DNA from: Orbicella franksi | Taxonomy: Eukaryota | Length of the DNA: 64,000 nucleotides | Reading direction: 5' to 3' | NCBI GenBank assembly: GCA_964199315.1 | Contig: OZ116700.1 | Span: 10,354,001-10,418,000 of the forward strand | Part shown: positions 19,984 to 32,704 of the stretch, piece after piece | Layout of the letters: the number at the start of each line of letters is the position of its first letter | Numbering within the stretch: the first letter of the stretch is position 1 | Notes under the pieces: generated by a model | What the model was told of the DNA's origin: nothing | The model's input: the letters and a program-made list of their open reading frames with translations, nothing else | The model's database searches: none | Position numbers and translations under genes: made by a program

Positions 19984-20324
19984 GACGTGGCATTGAGAGT
20001 CGGCCTCGCTCTCGTGCATTTTTTGGTATTGCCGCTGTACAAACAGTCTGCATGTGCAAAGATCCACGCCCCGGCCCAGTCTGCGCCAGCCTGTTCCACT
20101 TGAAGAACAATGATTTATTGGCTGGCTCGTTTTATATTCTCGAGGAAGAAATCTTCTTTCGCAGTTCACGTTTCATCATATGCAAATCAAGGACACTAAC
20201 TATAAAGAAACTGAATCTTTTAAAGAAAAGAAAACAACAACAACAGTGTTTATCATGACAGCGCGCGGAACAAGTCTAGATCTCAAGTTCTGACGTCATG
20301 TGATTTAAATTGTTTGTGACGTCA
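19984..20324 (-). promoter_or_regulatory. COPB2 promoter with bZIP sites (CCACGTC and two CRE palindromes)
   Basis: CCACGTC on minus at 19984-19990; TGACGTCA at 20291-20298 and 20317-20324; CpG-rich region just upstream of exon 1. Confidence 0.6.
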
Positions 20325-20551
20325 AATTTTCTTGGGTTGTCACTGATTAGATTGTTCACGCCGCTCCAATGTATCGAGCTTAGTGCTCTGTCCCGCTAAT
20401 CCTCTTTCAGTGGGCTGCCTGCCATTGATTTGTGTGGTTTATTTGCCAGCATTCAACCGACCAGCGAAAAGTTCGTTTACAATGTTGGACACCAGACAGA
20501 AAAGATACTACAATGGAATTCAGGTAACGAAAAACGGTTTAAACTATTTAA

Positions 20552-21551
20552 GGGGCATGTTGCAGGGACATGTTGCTGCAAAAGGTAGCAGGGACAAAAT
20601 CGCGTTACGTACGCACTGAGGGGCCATGACATGTCGCAGGGATATGTAGCATGGGCATGTAGCATGGGCCAAATCGCCGAGTTAGCACACTTGTGAAAAA
20701 GTTGCCGGGACAAGTTTCAGGAATATGTTGCAGTGACACATCCCCTGATGTGCGCTAACCCTTTTTCACTGGTGCAACCATAGTTATGGTGCAACATGAA
20801 TTTTGAGCAAAATTTGTCCCGGCAACATGTCGCATGGAGTTCAACTTGTTGAACTCCGTGGGACATGTCGCAGCGACAGAACTTTGCATGAGACGCCATG
20901 ATCATCGTGTGCTCGATTGTGCAACATGTCTCTGCAGCAAAAACGGATATTCGAGCCAATCAGAGACAAGATCCAGCATGCTTTGCGGTGATGCTTAAGG
21001 CAAAAAAAAGATGGCGGCCGTTCACAGATCAGAGGAGTCCGTGGTCTCGCTACTGAATTGGAATGACTGGGATAGAAAGCGTAAACTTTTCATTTATCTC
21101 GATACGGAGCTTCGCAAGCTATACCACGTTGATTTAATCTCTTTTAGGCCTCTTGGTGGCTGTGTGTTCCCAAATTGGGCTATCAGTGGTGCCATTGCTT
21201 TCTTTGTTTTCGCCTTGTTGCCGTTGTCTCTCGGGCACTTATCCCATAAGTTTGCATTTTCCTCGAAATGAAAAATTAGCATACGAGTCTGGCTTACATT
21301 CCACGAAGTCTGGCCGGTATCATTGCGAGTAGGATCACCCAACTGGTCTTCTGCGATTGATTTATCAACGAGGGCCGCCATCTTCCTTCCACATATAAGT
21401 GACCAGTACATTGTGGTCTTTATTTCTGAAACTCTCGCAATTACCACTGTTGTTTCTGCACTTTCATGAGTGTGCCAGCAAGTCGTAATCCTTCTCCTGA
21501 CTCATGTCCCTGCCGCGAGACACGTCCCAGCTACATCAGTTGCATGACCCA
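20552..21551 (-). mobile_element. PIF/Harbinger-derived remnant with a truncated MADF/Myb-SANT-like ORF (21094-21381)
   Basis: MAALV..SWNVSQTRMLIFHFEENANLWDK..IKSTWYSLRSS resembles MADF; TAA on both flanks, imperfect ends GGGGCATG / CATGACCCA, repeated GGGACATG subterminal motifs. Confidence 0.5.
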
Positions 21552-24046
21552 TAATGTGTACAGTGAGGGGCGGCCACCTTTAAACTATCTTCCCCTTTAA
21601 TTAAACTATCTTCCGTGGACACCTGCGTATTCAAGGCGGCAGCTGAGGCCATGAGGCAAGTAACCTGGGGGTACGGACGGACAAGTGCTGTCTCCTCTCA
21701 GTAGAAAACAAATCTTTTGCCGCTCGATCGCTTGTGATTCTAGCCGTATGTTTGTTGCAGCTTGCCTCCGTTTTGACGGCAGTGTAATAAGGGGCGGGGG
21801 TCCGTCGAGATTCACCTGGAAGTACGACTGAATTCTTACTGATGATTATAAAAGAAAAAAAAAAAACGTTTCAGCTGAACTCAAAAGGCCCGGTGATAGA
21901 AAACTCGCTGATGTGAATACAGTGAAAACTAACTTTAACTTTAAGTCGGACTGAAGAAATTATTCAAGCAAGGAAATTTTCTTTTACGGCCGTTCTTAAA
22001 TCCTGTGGTGACCTACAAGTGGGAGAACAACTTCGGTATCCTTTTCGGTTTTCCGAGTGTGAGTATTAACTAACCTTTCCCTGTTACTTCTCGGCCAGCT
22101 ACCCAAAGCTATAGAAGACTGAATTATGGACAAGCTACAATAATGCGAAAACATTAGAGTCCTGATTTGATAAAATTGCTTGACTGAAAGGTGATAGTAA
22201 GTTTCCGGTTATATAAAATTGGACTTGAATTTATATAAAGTTGGATTACTCTGTCTGCACACTGTAAACACACTGGATATCACGGTCAGCCTGCGTGGGT
22301 GCTTCCATTGGCTTCTCTGTCTTACATAGCAAATTTTAAGCATGCCACCGTTCATTTTCTGCATTTTGTTTAGACTAATGTTCACGTTTTTCGGATGCAA
22401 GGCACGCAAAAGTCTTCTGTTTACGGGACATAGCTTTTGCTCTGTGACCTATGAATTAACCTTCGACCTTTGAGGCTCTCACGTGACGAGAAAAAAATTC
22501 CTTCCCACGTGAGAACGTTGAAACCATGGACATTTGACCACAAAGCGCCATTTGACATATTAGAAAGTGATACTGATGGATAATCTTTCGGGCTTTTAAG
22601 TCCAAATTCTCCAATTCTGGAAAATTTGAAACAGGAAAATACCCAAGCTACTAGGTAAGTCGAAACAGTTGCGAAGTCTGTCGTAAATTCACGGTTACTT
22701 TGCAGAAAAGATGAAAGTGAATGGTGTGGAAACGCTTCCCTGCGGCACTGATTTTCATCGATAAAAGGTCAGTCTGAAAGGTCGGCATATGAATGAAAAT
22801 GAATGAATGAAAACCAGGGACCCAACAAATATTCCCACCCTAGAGCTGTAGAACCCATTTGGAAGTTCTGAGTTACAAGCAAACTTGGCGATAACGAACT
22901 TGGAGCATTCTTGCACGGTTACGTTCCTCGAAAGTTTGTCGAATTTTGGGGAACAGTGCACAAGTATACGGTAGGAATAGCAACTGGTTGTTCGCCCCTA
23001 GTCTGTTGAAATCGCCGTTGGGCCTTGACCTTCGGGATAGGTCGAAAATCTGACGGATCACGAGCGGAGACTGCAGTTCGCTATAAACACAGCAGTACTC
23101 TTGTTTACTTTCGTTTTGTTTGTTCTGCAGGGGTCATTTGAGAATGTGGCGGGAAGGGGTGGGGAGGCGGCTATAGGGATTATAAAGGATACGCTGGGTT
23201 ATTGTTCGCAACTTTCGGTCGCCGTGCTCACACTCTTCAGTTATGCTGACGCAGAAAGCAAGTTGTCAAATTTATAGCATACGAACCAAAATGACGTTGA
23301 TATAGCCTGAGTGAAGTATTCAGGAAAATCAAAGTCAGCTGAACACTTTGTTCACAGGGGAGGAGGTAAAGACTGTCTCAGACCAGTGTTACAAACTCAC
23401 GCAGGGTTCAGACTGCTTGTACGGTGCAAATATGCGGGGAAGCTTAAGTTGAATTGTAAAGAACTGTAAATCCACCAAATAATGTCTCCATGAAGTAGAG
23501 ACATCAACATCATCCCTTTTCTCGGCATTCTCCGGGCATTTGACCAGTTATGGGTCCCCGAGGGAGGAATTTCGACGTCGATATTTGTTGTTAGGATGGG
23601 GGATTTTACACCATATGGGAGGGGCCGGAGAAATTTGAACTGAAGTTGCCTCGAAGTCATGGTGAGGCTCCAAGGCATTAAGAGACAATACCAGTTCACG
23701 GTAACGTTGTGGCTTGACAATAAAAGTTTTGTACTGTGTTTAAAGGCAATTACAAAATGTTGCTTGTCACACTGGGGAAGTTCAAAGCGGATATTCAACA
23801 GTGAATTTTTTTATTATTATTTTCTTTTCCATTACTCATTTTTGCCTTGTACATGTCCCGTAAGGAGGGGTCTTCTCGCTAGTATAGTGGGGCACATACA
23901 ACTTTTTTGGCCCGGGGAAGACCAACCAGAAACTCCAAATACCCGGGATGTTGGAGTATAGAACTGAATGGTCCAATAGAAAATAACATTAAACTTGGCA
24001 AATGTATGGCAATTATTAACCATTTCATATTACGTGTATGCGCATT

Positions 24047-24302
24047 TAGCCTGCAGTGCAGGCGTTTTCCCTGTGTTTACGAGTTGCTATCGGTATTAAC
24101 TCGTGATCGAGTAGATTCGCCGCCATGTTGGCTAGGGAAAAGTGGGCAAGGACCCCCTTACTCCACTTTCAGCCCCACTCCCCGCTAGCTAGGACGCCTT
24201 TTAGTCTCTACCCAAGCCTCTTCCGAATTTGAATCGAAGATGCCACTAGCTCAATTGATCGAAAGGCACGCGCTCGCCCCCCGAAATACGCCTGCATTGT
24301 AT
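24047..24302. mobile_element. MITE-like element
   Basis: tagcctgcagtgcaggcgtttt is inverted (degenerate) as aaatacgcctgcattgta. Confidence 0.45.
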
Positions 24303-26289
24303 CCCGTGAAGAAAACATCCCTTGTCTGAAACACTGGGCAATTGTACTTGGCAGCTTTCCTAATCAGGAAGTTGGATTAGTAATAATTACATTTTACACC
24401 AAAGTTCAATTGAACTACCTTGCGTACACGTTGTGACAAGGAGTACATCTCCAGCTCCCTGTTAAACAGAAATGTGGAAGAAGTGTTTTTCAGTTGACTG
24501 GCGGGTCTGGTCCATCTGCGTAAGTGTGATGTGATCTTATGTTTACATTTGGGATAAAGTGATGAACGCCTACTGGTTAACAGATTATACTGTCTGAGAA
24601 AGGTTGCAGCCTAACATCATATTGTAGCACGAAGCTAACCGTAGTAATATGTTCTCAGTTATCACTGCTCGAGAAATACCTGTGAAAACAAATACGAACT
24701 GCGATGTTCATACTTAAAGAAGATAGTGGTGTATGAATTGTAAAGATAACAAGCGTTTTTAAATCCTCCACACTTCAAGCTGACAAGTGGGCGTTTTGAG
24801 TTTATTTCACTAGTCTCGATTTACAGAGCATCTCCTATCCTCCAAAAAGACGTAGAATTCTATTAAAAGTGCGTTTCTGTTGGTACTTTCTTAAATTGAA
24901 GATGGCGAATCAAAGAAGTATAGTTCTTTCCGAATTTTAATACTCACTGGGGTGGACTGAAACTCGTAACATAGGACAGCGCCGTATCGCGAGAGTGCAA
25001 TGGTTTTATACTTTTTGTTTGTTTTGACATTCCTCAAGGATTGTTTTGACTTGCCAGGGCTTATTAATGCCCCACAGGTATCACTAACACAAAGAAAACT
25101 GGAGATTCCTAAGCTGTCGAATGCTTCACAAAACTATTCATTTCAGTTATTTTTTCCCTCAGTGGTTATGTTTAAGGTGATTTTTGTGACGGAAGCTATT
25201 GTCAAGTCAAAATGAGAGGGACAATTATTTCTGACACTGGCAAGTGATTCTGGATTACATGTTCAAGGCGCAAACACGAACAAGATTCAACCTTCTCGGA
25301 TTGAATTGTAGGTAAGCGATTTTACAGATTGTTCCTTCCACCATATGTTGTTCATTTAATAACGAACTGAAATGACGTTTTCACAGGATATTCTGCGTTG
25401 CAGGTCTCTTTCAGGGTACTCTGCGCGTTCTGTAATGCCGGCTTGCAATTCTTGGGGTATTCCGGTTTTCTAATCAGAAATGCAAGTCTCGTGACTGTTC
25501 GCGAAATTCCGTTAACTTACTGGATTAGCGCGTGAAACGTACACAGCCTGAGATGTCGCCGTCTTCAGTAACTTTTACTCGTTTCGTAAATCTAAATTGC
25601 TTGATTTTGACAGCCTGGTCAAATGAATTGCTGAGGGCCATGAAAAACAATTAGTTCTAAACGAGTGTTTATATCATGAAATATGAACCACCACACAGCT
25701 CTTGCTTCTCCTCCTCGCATATCTTCATCACAACGCGCTCCTTGTGCTTATGACCCAGTTTAACTGGATTCACAGTTTGCTACATAGTGAAGACTGCAAA
25801 GTTCGAGTACTAGAGGTAATTTTGGTTGAGGACAATTAAGGATTTTAAATGGAGCACTTTATGGCCATTCAAGTCACACTTCAAATTTTAATTTTGTTTA
25901 CATTTTTGTCCAGACTGTTGTCGACCATTGCTTATCATCACAGGATGTAGTTTCACCGCAAGAATGTTGGAGTTTTCGTGTTCCTGTTTTTTCATCACTA
26001 ATAGCTTTCGGGATTGTCTTTCAGCGTAAATTAACGAGTTGTTTTTCTGATCCAATTGTCCGACAAATCATACCACTTTTCATAACACTTTCCCTCGCTC
26101 ACTCCGCGCAATCAAGGCCATATTTTTAGCGCATTATAGGTAAAAAGCTGTTAACTTAACTATGCACACTGAACGTTTTCGTTAATGGAGATCATCAACA
26201 GAGTGTCGGCAAAAAACTGGGTGTGCTTGAATATAGATTACGTAACGGAAAAATATACACGTGAGTTGAATTGATTGTACTTGTTTGTT

Positions 26290-27560
26290 AACTTTGGGAT
26301 GGAAACGTGCGATATAAAACTGCTTCTATGATTCTTAGTCTCATCCAAGAGTGAACAGTGCATGATTAAAATTTACCATGCGAAAATATGGTTTCGATGT
26401 TCTCTGGTGTGTTTTGCTGGCTGTGATTGTTTGTTGACATCACAACGGACTTGGGGTTGGCAAAACTGCCCGCAATTTTCCCAATAAACGTTTGACCGCA
26501 ATTGCATGTGCCCTTGTAAATGACGAGTGAATCGGTCTTGCGTGCTTGCTAAATGATGTGGATTTCCATCTTGTGAAAGTGTTCAGTCTTCTCATGAGTT
26601 TTTTCTGTCAACTTCATTCTTGCGGCAAACGGTAGACGGATTCCGACTTTAATTGGTGAACTGAAATGGATCTTTTGGTCACCTTTGGGTTTGGCTGGCT
26701 GTGATTGCTTGTTGACATCACAATGTTCCTTAACACGGACTTGAAGGTTGCGCGCATTTTTTTTTTTTTCTTTTTTTTTGGTTTTGGCAAGACTGCGCGC
26801 AGTTTTTATTAGCAAAACTGCGCGCAATTTTGCCAATAAACGTTTGACCGCAGGGTCATGTGCCCTTGTAAACGACGAGTGAATCGGTCTTGCGTGCTTG
26901 CTAAATGATGTGGAGTTCCATCTAGTGGAAGTGTTCAGTCTTCTCATGAATTTTTTTCAGTCAACTTCATTCTTGCGGCAAACGGTAGACGGATTCCGAC
27001 TTTAATTCTTTCTTCAAACTAATAACTGAAATAAATCTTTTGGTCACCTTTGGGTTTTGAAAGTCTTCAGTGAATTCATTTACAAATTTTGCAGGATATC
27101 CAGACTTGATGAAAGACTGTTTCACAAATTTGACTTCTTTGTTCTGCGCGGTGTAAGGTTCCCCGGACAGTGCTAAGCCTCCACCTCTTTTGGATGGCCT
27201 ATTTCCAATGTACTTGTAGTTTCTCTGGTTTTTGGTACAGTGCTAAGATGTAGCATCCAGAAAGTGATCCGGGTCTTTCTTAACAACAACTTACTGTGGG
27301 GGTAGTAGGTATTTAGGTTGTCAAGCCGGATATCTAGAGCGTTGGACTTTCCACGTACCTGTGGTAAAAAGGGTTCCCCATACTGCAACTATCCAGTTGT
27401 TTATAGAGTTTTCTGTTGAGAACGGTTCCTTTGATGACTCTTGTGGTGTTCGTTAATTTGGTCAAGGAGGTGAATGATTGTTCACCCAAGGGTCTTTCTT
27501 TGAACAACGAAGTGACGTAATACGAGACTGGGTCTTATCTCGGTTAATCTTCTAATCGTT
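26290..27560 (-). mobile_element. Degenerate Penelope-like retroelement (RT C-terminus plus GIY-YIG endonuclease)
   Basis: NRKLYKQLDSCSMGNP (27371-27417), VHWK*AIQKRWRLSTVRGTLHRA, KSGYPAKFV, GIY-YIG VIYKGTCNCGQTFIGK (about 26480-26525, duplicated at about 26828-26875), RLRIIEAVL; stops and frameshifts throughout. Confidence 0.78.
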
Positions 27561-28495
27561 CGGTTTTTTAATTTTCCAGCGGAGTCAAGGGTGGCCTTGA
27601 TTGTGTGTTGGTTCTCTGCTACATATTTGGATAGGGCTTATACAGTTTCGCAAAATTTTGTCCCAGACGTACTGATAATAGGTTATCTGGTTGTGATCAT
27701 TAAAAACTTGTGAGTTTTGGCTGTAGCAAAATAAAGTCATAAACGGCTAGGCATCCTCTCGCTGTCATTTATACTGAAGTCATCAGTTCTCTTAAATACA
27801 AGCTTCTGAGTAGATTCGTTTCAGTGATTTTCCGCAAAGATAAGTCCAGAATTGCTTATCCTTGATCTTCACCCACGACTTCCAGTGGTAGAAACATCCA
27901 ACTTCTGGCGAGTAGCGCGCGCCTTTTGCTTTCCAGCCCGGTCTTTTCGGCCAAGGTGAATCGGCGACAAGCAGGCGAGCGTACCAACAAATATTTTGAA
28001 AAACAACTTCAGTGAAAACCACGTGTAAATCTCTCGCTAAATTTGCAATTGTTCTTTGCAGCACCGCGCTCAAGAGTGCTGGAATAAAGTTATATCAGCG
28101 CTGTTTCTCAGGGGAGACGTTTTATTGTGTTATAACTTCATTGGATACGATCAAAATTATCTAATCTTGAAAATTAAGAGAAGCTGGTAATTTGAGTCGA
28201 ACTTAAGTTTAAGAAACTGCTTCGTAAGGATTTTTGCTCTTTGTGTTTTCGTTGGGTCGTAAAACCAAGGAATAAGGAAAAAATTTGAAAGATGTATGTT
28301 CAGACGCAAAGGGAAAAAGCAACTGTGGTTTGTTTTATACATTTTCCAGCGCTTGTCACTAGCCAAGTTTTTGCTTTTCGTGCTTATTGGTTCTTGTGTC
28401 CTTTGCGGTCGTTGTGACTGGCTAAGAGGACTACGTACTGCATGTATCTACTTAGATTTTAATTTACGAAGAAAAGGGTTAAGTTGCGATCGAGC

Positions 28496-29244
28496 CACAG
28501 GCGACCCGAACATTGTATCAGCAATAACATAATCATTTACATTCATGTAAAATAAAAGTACTGTTATTTACCTGTGTTCCTGGGTCTTTTTGAACCGTTT
28601 AGAAGGGATTTGACTAGACGCGAAGGCGGTTTACATTTCAAATATCATCTTGTCTGCCGCTTTGTAAATGTGACGCTCCGATGACGTCTCGAGATTTTAT
28701 TATCATCATTAACTTAACTCTCATCGGGGGAGAGAAAGGAGAAAAGAGACAAGGCCTCTTTTCTCTTCTCACGCGCGGCCGTTATGAAACCTGGGAATCT
28801 TCCCCGATGAGAGTTAATATTTTTTATTATTATTATTATTAATTTACAAACACAATATACAAAGGAAAATATAAACAAAATTAAAAGAGGAAAATAGTCA
28901 TATTATAGCAAGTACAATATGATAGTTAAGACTACTTACATCGTTTAGTTTACATAGCTAAACAATACAGTTTGGAAGGCTTTTGTTTTTGTTTTAAAGT
29001 TTCGAACAAAATGAGAGTTAATAGTTAATGACGATAATGAAAACTCGAGACGTAATCGGAATGTCGACGTCATATTTAGAAGGCGGCAGACAAGATGATG
29101 TTTGAAATGTAAACCGCCTTTGCTTCTATTTAAATCCCTTCTGTACGGATCAAAAAGACACAGGAGCACAGGTAAATAACAGTATGTTATTTTACATGAA
29201 TGCAAATAATTGTTATTGCTGATACAATGTTCGGGTCCCCTGTG
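28496..29244. mobile_element. Foldback/long-TIR non-autonomous element
   Basis: Arms of about 235 bp (28496-28730 versus 28800-28818 plus 29023-29244); flanks ATCGAGC / TTCGAGC. Confidence 0.7.
28819..29010 (-). mobile_element. 5'-truncated LINE 3' end inserted in the foldback arm
   Basis: 12-bp TSD ATGAGAGTTAAT (28807-28818, 29011-29022); (TAA)n/A tail on minus; residual ORF end HFVRNFKTKTKAFQTVLFSYVN*. Confidence 0.75.
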
Positions 29245-29255
29245 TTCGAGCCTAA

Positions 29256-29572
29256 AGGTCGGCATTCATGAGAAGACTGGTTCCTGCGACTAATCCCTGC
29301 AACAAGTCGCGGGGACAAGTCCCATCGTGTGAACTGGCCATTTTTGCCTCAAAATCTAGCAGAAGGGACCAAAGGTTGGTCCCTGCGACTAGTCCCGCGA
29401 ATTCAAACCAGTTTGAATTTTTGGGACAAATCTCTTCGACTTGTTCCTCAGAACGCTTCGTGTGAACTGTTCGTGGAACAAGTCCCTGCGACCAGTCCCT
29501 TCGAGTAAACTCCTCAGGGGACTGGTTGCAGGGACTAGTCGCAAGGACTAGTCCCCTCGTGTGTGACGACCT
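29256..29572. mobile_element. Harbinger/Tourist-type MITE
   Basis: TAA TSD (29253-29255, 29573-29575), TIR AGGTCG(G/T)CA, internal GGGACTAGTC-type repeats. Confidence 0.75.
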
Positions 29573-29689
29573 TAAAGATTCATCAGGCCAGCGCTAGCTA
29601 GTCACGCTTTCCGAAGCATAAAGCGGCTTGTGGTATTTCTATCCGCCCCCTACCCCCCCCCCCCCCCACACACACACACACACACAACC

Positions 29690-29880
29690 CCCTGCCTGGC
29701 TAGGATGCTGGTCCATCGCAACGTTACTTCCCAGTATTAAATTCGCCGTACCCATTTGTACACCTGGGTCGAGAGAAGCACTGTGAGATTCAAGTACATG
29801 TATCTTACGTAAGAATACAATACAGTGATCCGGCCATTGTTCGATACCGGACTGCTCGATTAGGTGTCCAGCGTGCACAC
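29690..29880 (-). mobile_element. tRNA-derived SINE (same family as 1244-1470)
   Basis: Reverse complement contains CAGTGCTTCTCTCGACCCAGGTGTACAAATGGGTAC..GCGATGGACCAGCATCC. Confidence 0.65.
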
Positions 29881-30274
29881 CATGCCCCTTTTATTTTTCG
29901 AAAGTCGCGAGGAATTCATTCACTCTATTTTTGTCTTTTACAGGCTCGAGGAGATTAAATTCCCGAGGCTTAGGCTATTTTGACAGTGAAAGAATCAAAA
30001 ACCGTTTGGTAAGTGAACGTTCATTTTGTAGCCTAAATTTGTCGTGTTAGCTTGCAAATGATGTGTTCGTCCTCCTGAGTAGTTACCCGTACGTTATTAA
30101 TGGTAAATAAATGTTGCTTGGTTCTGTCTCTTATACTTCATTCAGTTTTACTTTGGGCTTCCAGTAGTTTTGGGGAGTAGAAATCCCTTTTCATTCTGAC
30201 GTTATCCGTGAAGGTGCGTACCTACTCTACAATTCGGGAAGAAGACAATCTTTGATTAAAGATAATTGCGCAAT

Positions 30275-30407
30275 TAGAGCGGTTTTCAATGGAGTGTCGT
30301 AAAACCAAAACGTAGAGTAGTCAGCCAATCTCAAACCGTAGTAAAACCAAAACCAAAACCAAACTAATTGTCTAACTACTCTCGACACCCAATTGAAAAC
30401 CGCTCTA
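30275..30407. mobile_element. Short MITE with TA ends
   Basis: TIR TAGAGCGGTTTTCAAT / ATTGAAAACCGCTCTA; internal AAAACC repeats; a related longer copy lies at about 7075-7350. Confidence 0.72.
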
Positions 30408-32704
30408 TTTGGACATGATGGCTATGTAAAGCATAGGGCGCGTTTAATTCTCTTAGTGAATAAATACGACATTAAGATAATAATATGACAACAATATTAA
30501 TTTATTTTATTTGGATAATAGTTTTTACACAAACACCATATATTCAATTTAATATAGGTTACTATAGGACAAATAATAGACTTTATTATTTAATTTCCCG
30601 ATCTTTCTGTGAAACGCTTGGAGTAGTTGGACACCACCCGATTTAGGATAGTCGCGACCTACGCGATATAACGTTATGTCTTTCACGCATAACGTCACGT
30701 CCTTCACAGGGTTGGCTCCTACTCTGAGCTTGAGAAATTAGAGGAACATTTATTATTTAATGGACTATCTATGCAAAGACTCAGTTTTCCCTGTATCGTT
30801 AGGAATCTTTTGAGTCCTGCATTATCATTACTTGCTTCTCGTATCCGGCAAAGTTCCTTTAACTATCATGCTGTGTAACAGAGTCGTGGCCAGAAAAAAA
30901 TTACGACTGAGGCAATGTACATGAATAAAATAAGACTGAGGCATTGCTCATGCCATAGTTGAATTCTCTTCCTAGGTCTTTAAGGTGTCTATGATGACTA
31001 TAAACAACAAAAAAATGGAAAACAAAACAAATGACTGAGGTATTTAATGCCTCGGATTGCCTTTTACCATCTACGACCCTGTAAAGCATGTGCCCATGAT
31101 AACTTTATGGAAGGAGCGTCGTCTTCCCAGGTCTTATTAAATTACTATGAGTGCTGTGGTCAACGTAGGAAATGTTTCATCGATGTATGTAAAATGAAGT
31201 TCTGCCTGTCGACTTTTTTCATACGCTGCTTTGTCTCAAGCAAGAGTGTTGCACTGTGGACGTAGGCGTTGCTCTCGTCCGTCCCTCCCCTGAGGCCATT
31301 TTCTTAACCATCCGTTCCACATGATGTGGATAGAGGACAGCAACTGCGGCAGCAGTTCATAGTTCACGGAGCCCCATACTTTTCAAAGGCATATGGTCAC
31401 TTGTCTGTACAACTGGTTACATAGTTTTCTTCTCACCTTCATGGCAAACTTGGTGGAGTTGAGATAGAGTTGAACTTTGACTCTGACTAACAAGTGAAGG
31501 GTAGTTGGACACCACCCTGTTGTATGTATGGTCGCGTGTTTCATGTCTTGCATGTTATTGTGTCTTGCACAGGGTTGGCTCCTACTCTGAACTGCAGTCT
31601 TTCAAAAACCCTTTTAAATGATCATCGTGTTTGAACGCAGCACACAAACCCTTTTTAACTGCGATTTTTCAGTTAGTCCCGTCAGTTAGACGTTTGAAAG
31701 AAGCGTGTCCAATGATATTCCATTTGATATTTGATGGCCAGTTTCTTCCATTCACCTTGACTGAACTGATTTTTGCAAAGAGCATCCTCTAAAACAACTG
31801 TCGGGAAGCGCGACAAACCGCCACAAAATATAGTTGATTTTGGTTGAATGGTTTTGATAACTGGCACCTTGTAGCAAGGACGTTAATTAAGTGTACATAT
31901 ACATAATTAAGTATACATATACATAAATCGAGTTTTTCAATATCTGACCCCTGCGAAATCCTGGCTCAAGCGCTCCAGGAACTTACTACTTACTTAGGTC
32001 CTTCACTTCAAGTGGAGCATAGGCTATTAATGACTCTCCAGATGGAGCATAGGCTATTAACGACTCTCCTCCATCTCACTCCACTCTGGGCTGTCCTTTC
32101 TGCCTCGGCCCAGGTGGTGCCACGTCTCTCTAGTTCCGACTCAGTGTCACAGCTATTCAAAAGCGCTACAGAAAGCGTTCTTATATTAAGTGAGTTACCT
32201 TTGAGGCCAATGAACTAGGGAATGTTCTCTTCTCAGCTGTAATCATATGTGGCAGCCGAAGTTTGGCCGGTTAATCTACCATACCTGCCTTTGTTTTGTG
32301 TTCTGGCTCTTACTCTGAACTTAAGATTGAAGACCCCTCTTTCATCAGTCTCACATTCACAATATGGATGACTTATTTCATGCCACTGAAAACGATATTC
32401 CCACCAAATTTCATCTGAGAGTTTGGACTTCGAGGAATGTTAATGCTGAACATCTAGATTCTGATCTTATCAACAGTCAATCAAGCAAGCAGGCGATTAG
32501 ATAACCAGGCAGTATTGTCCCGATAACCGTTCATGGAGAACAAGTCTCATGACTTAATTACGGAGAGATGCTGCAGGATGCTTGCTTAGAATTTTAGCAA
32601 ATACAGAAAATGTTTTATTTGGGAAAAAGCGGAACACAGTAGCAGTTTATGAAACAGGTCTAGCTAGCACAAAATCCAGCCATTTAAGGTTAGGATGCAC
32701 GTAC

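Noticed and set aside
27755-27790. CTGATGA on minus near the Penelope remnant (hammerhead core?)
   Set aside because: No downstream GAAA or stem II/III could be found.
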